Origin: Burkholderiales bacterium
GTDB lineage: Bacteria; Pseudomonadota; Gammaproteobacteria; Burkholderiales; SG8-39
Assembly: GCA_027493935.1 (NCBI GenBank)
Contig: JAOSJV010000010.1
Coordinates: forward strand, 814,483 to 878,482
DNA: 64,000 bases
Reading direction: 5' to 3'
The notes beneath the pieces were generated by a model. The model worked only from the letters and a program-made list of their open reading frames with translations, made no database searches and was not told the origin of the DNA. Of the stretch, positions 63,722 through 64,000 are shown one piece after another. Position 1 is the stretch's first letter; every line of letters starts with the position of its first letter. The translations under genes were made by a program, and so were the position numbers.

Positions 63722-64000
63722 ATGGAACGCTACATGGCGGAAACCGCTCCGGCGACCGCGGCCGGGCCTGCGTCCGGCGCCGCGGCCGAACTCGTCTGGT
63801 TCCAGGAAGTGGACAAAGGCGCGGTCGCCCTGGTGGGCGGCAAGTGCGCCTCGCTCGGCGAGCTCATCAACGCCGGCGTGCGCGTGCCGCCGGGGTTTGC
63901 GCTCACCACCGCGGGCTATCGGCGCTTCGTGCACGAGGGCGGCATCGCGTCGGCGATCCGCGAGCTCACCGCCGGCATCGATCCGCAGGACATCGACGCG
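63722..64000 (+). CDS. ppsB: Phenylphosphate synthase beta subunit (PEP synthase N-terminal ATP-grasp-like), 5' part; continues beyond the window
   Basis: ATG 63722 or 63734. The sequence ...VWFQEVDKGAVALVGGKCASLGELINAGVRVPPGFALTTAGYRRF... matches the PEP/pyruvate-binding domain start (GGKxAxLGE). The frame is open to base 64000. Confidence 0.8.
   Translation, partial: MERYMAETAPATAAGPASGAAAELVWFQEVDKGAVALVGGKCASLGELINAGVRVPPGFALTTAGYRRFVHEGGIASAIRELTAGIDPQDIDA

Overview
Visibly GC-rich bacterial chromosomal segment (GC not computed). Gene content (Bug/TctC binding protein, LutAB, EgtBD, sigma-54/XylR-class regulator, phenylphosphate synthase) suggests a betaproteobacterium-like aromatic degrader, but no taxon can be proven from the sequence. 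I can support about 50 protein genes. Main modules: (i) housekeeping and stress genes (htpX, pepN, a glycine-riboswitch-controlled gcvT-gcvH-gcvP, mmsA); (ii) a TetR(PsrA-like)-fadE-lipoprotein-thiolase-fadB beta-oxidation operon; (iii) a cupin / HyuA / HyuB(gamma-fused) / TetR / polysaccharide-deacetylase / lutB-lutA / IclR catabolic neighbourhood; (iv) nfeD-SPFH and mscS-like / mgtE-N / mgtE membrane operons; (v) at the right edge, a divergent XylR-class activator, a perfect sigma-54 promoter, and ppsA-ppsB (phenylphosphate synthase, anaerobic phenol activation), truncated by the window end. Two IS elements (IS630 family, IS5 family) each sit exactly on the TAG stop codon of a host gene. Non-genic structure is rich. 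One family of SD/anti-SD hairpin palindromic elements has 3-4 copies, one of them inside the pepN reading frame. A second family of heptad-armed (GGGCAGT/GGACAGT) palindromes lies at four gene 3' ends. There is also a 48-bp x3 tandem repeat copying the fadB 3' end, an 18-bp x3 repeat, and an extraordinary C14/C11/C7/G6 homopolymer block inside lutA. Major caveat: at least 14 reading-frame breaks, almost all at short homopolymer runs, interrupt otherwise conserved genes. This looks like systematic indel error rather than gene decay. No rRNA, tRNA or CRISPR was seen.
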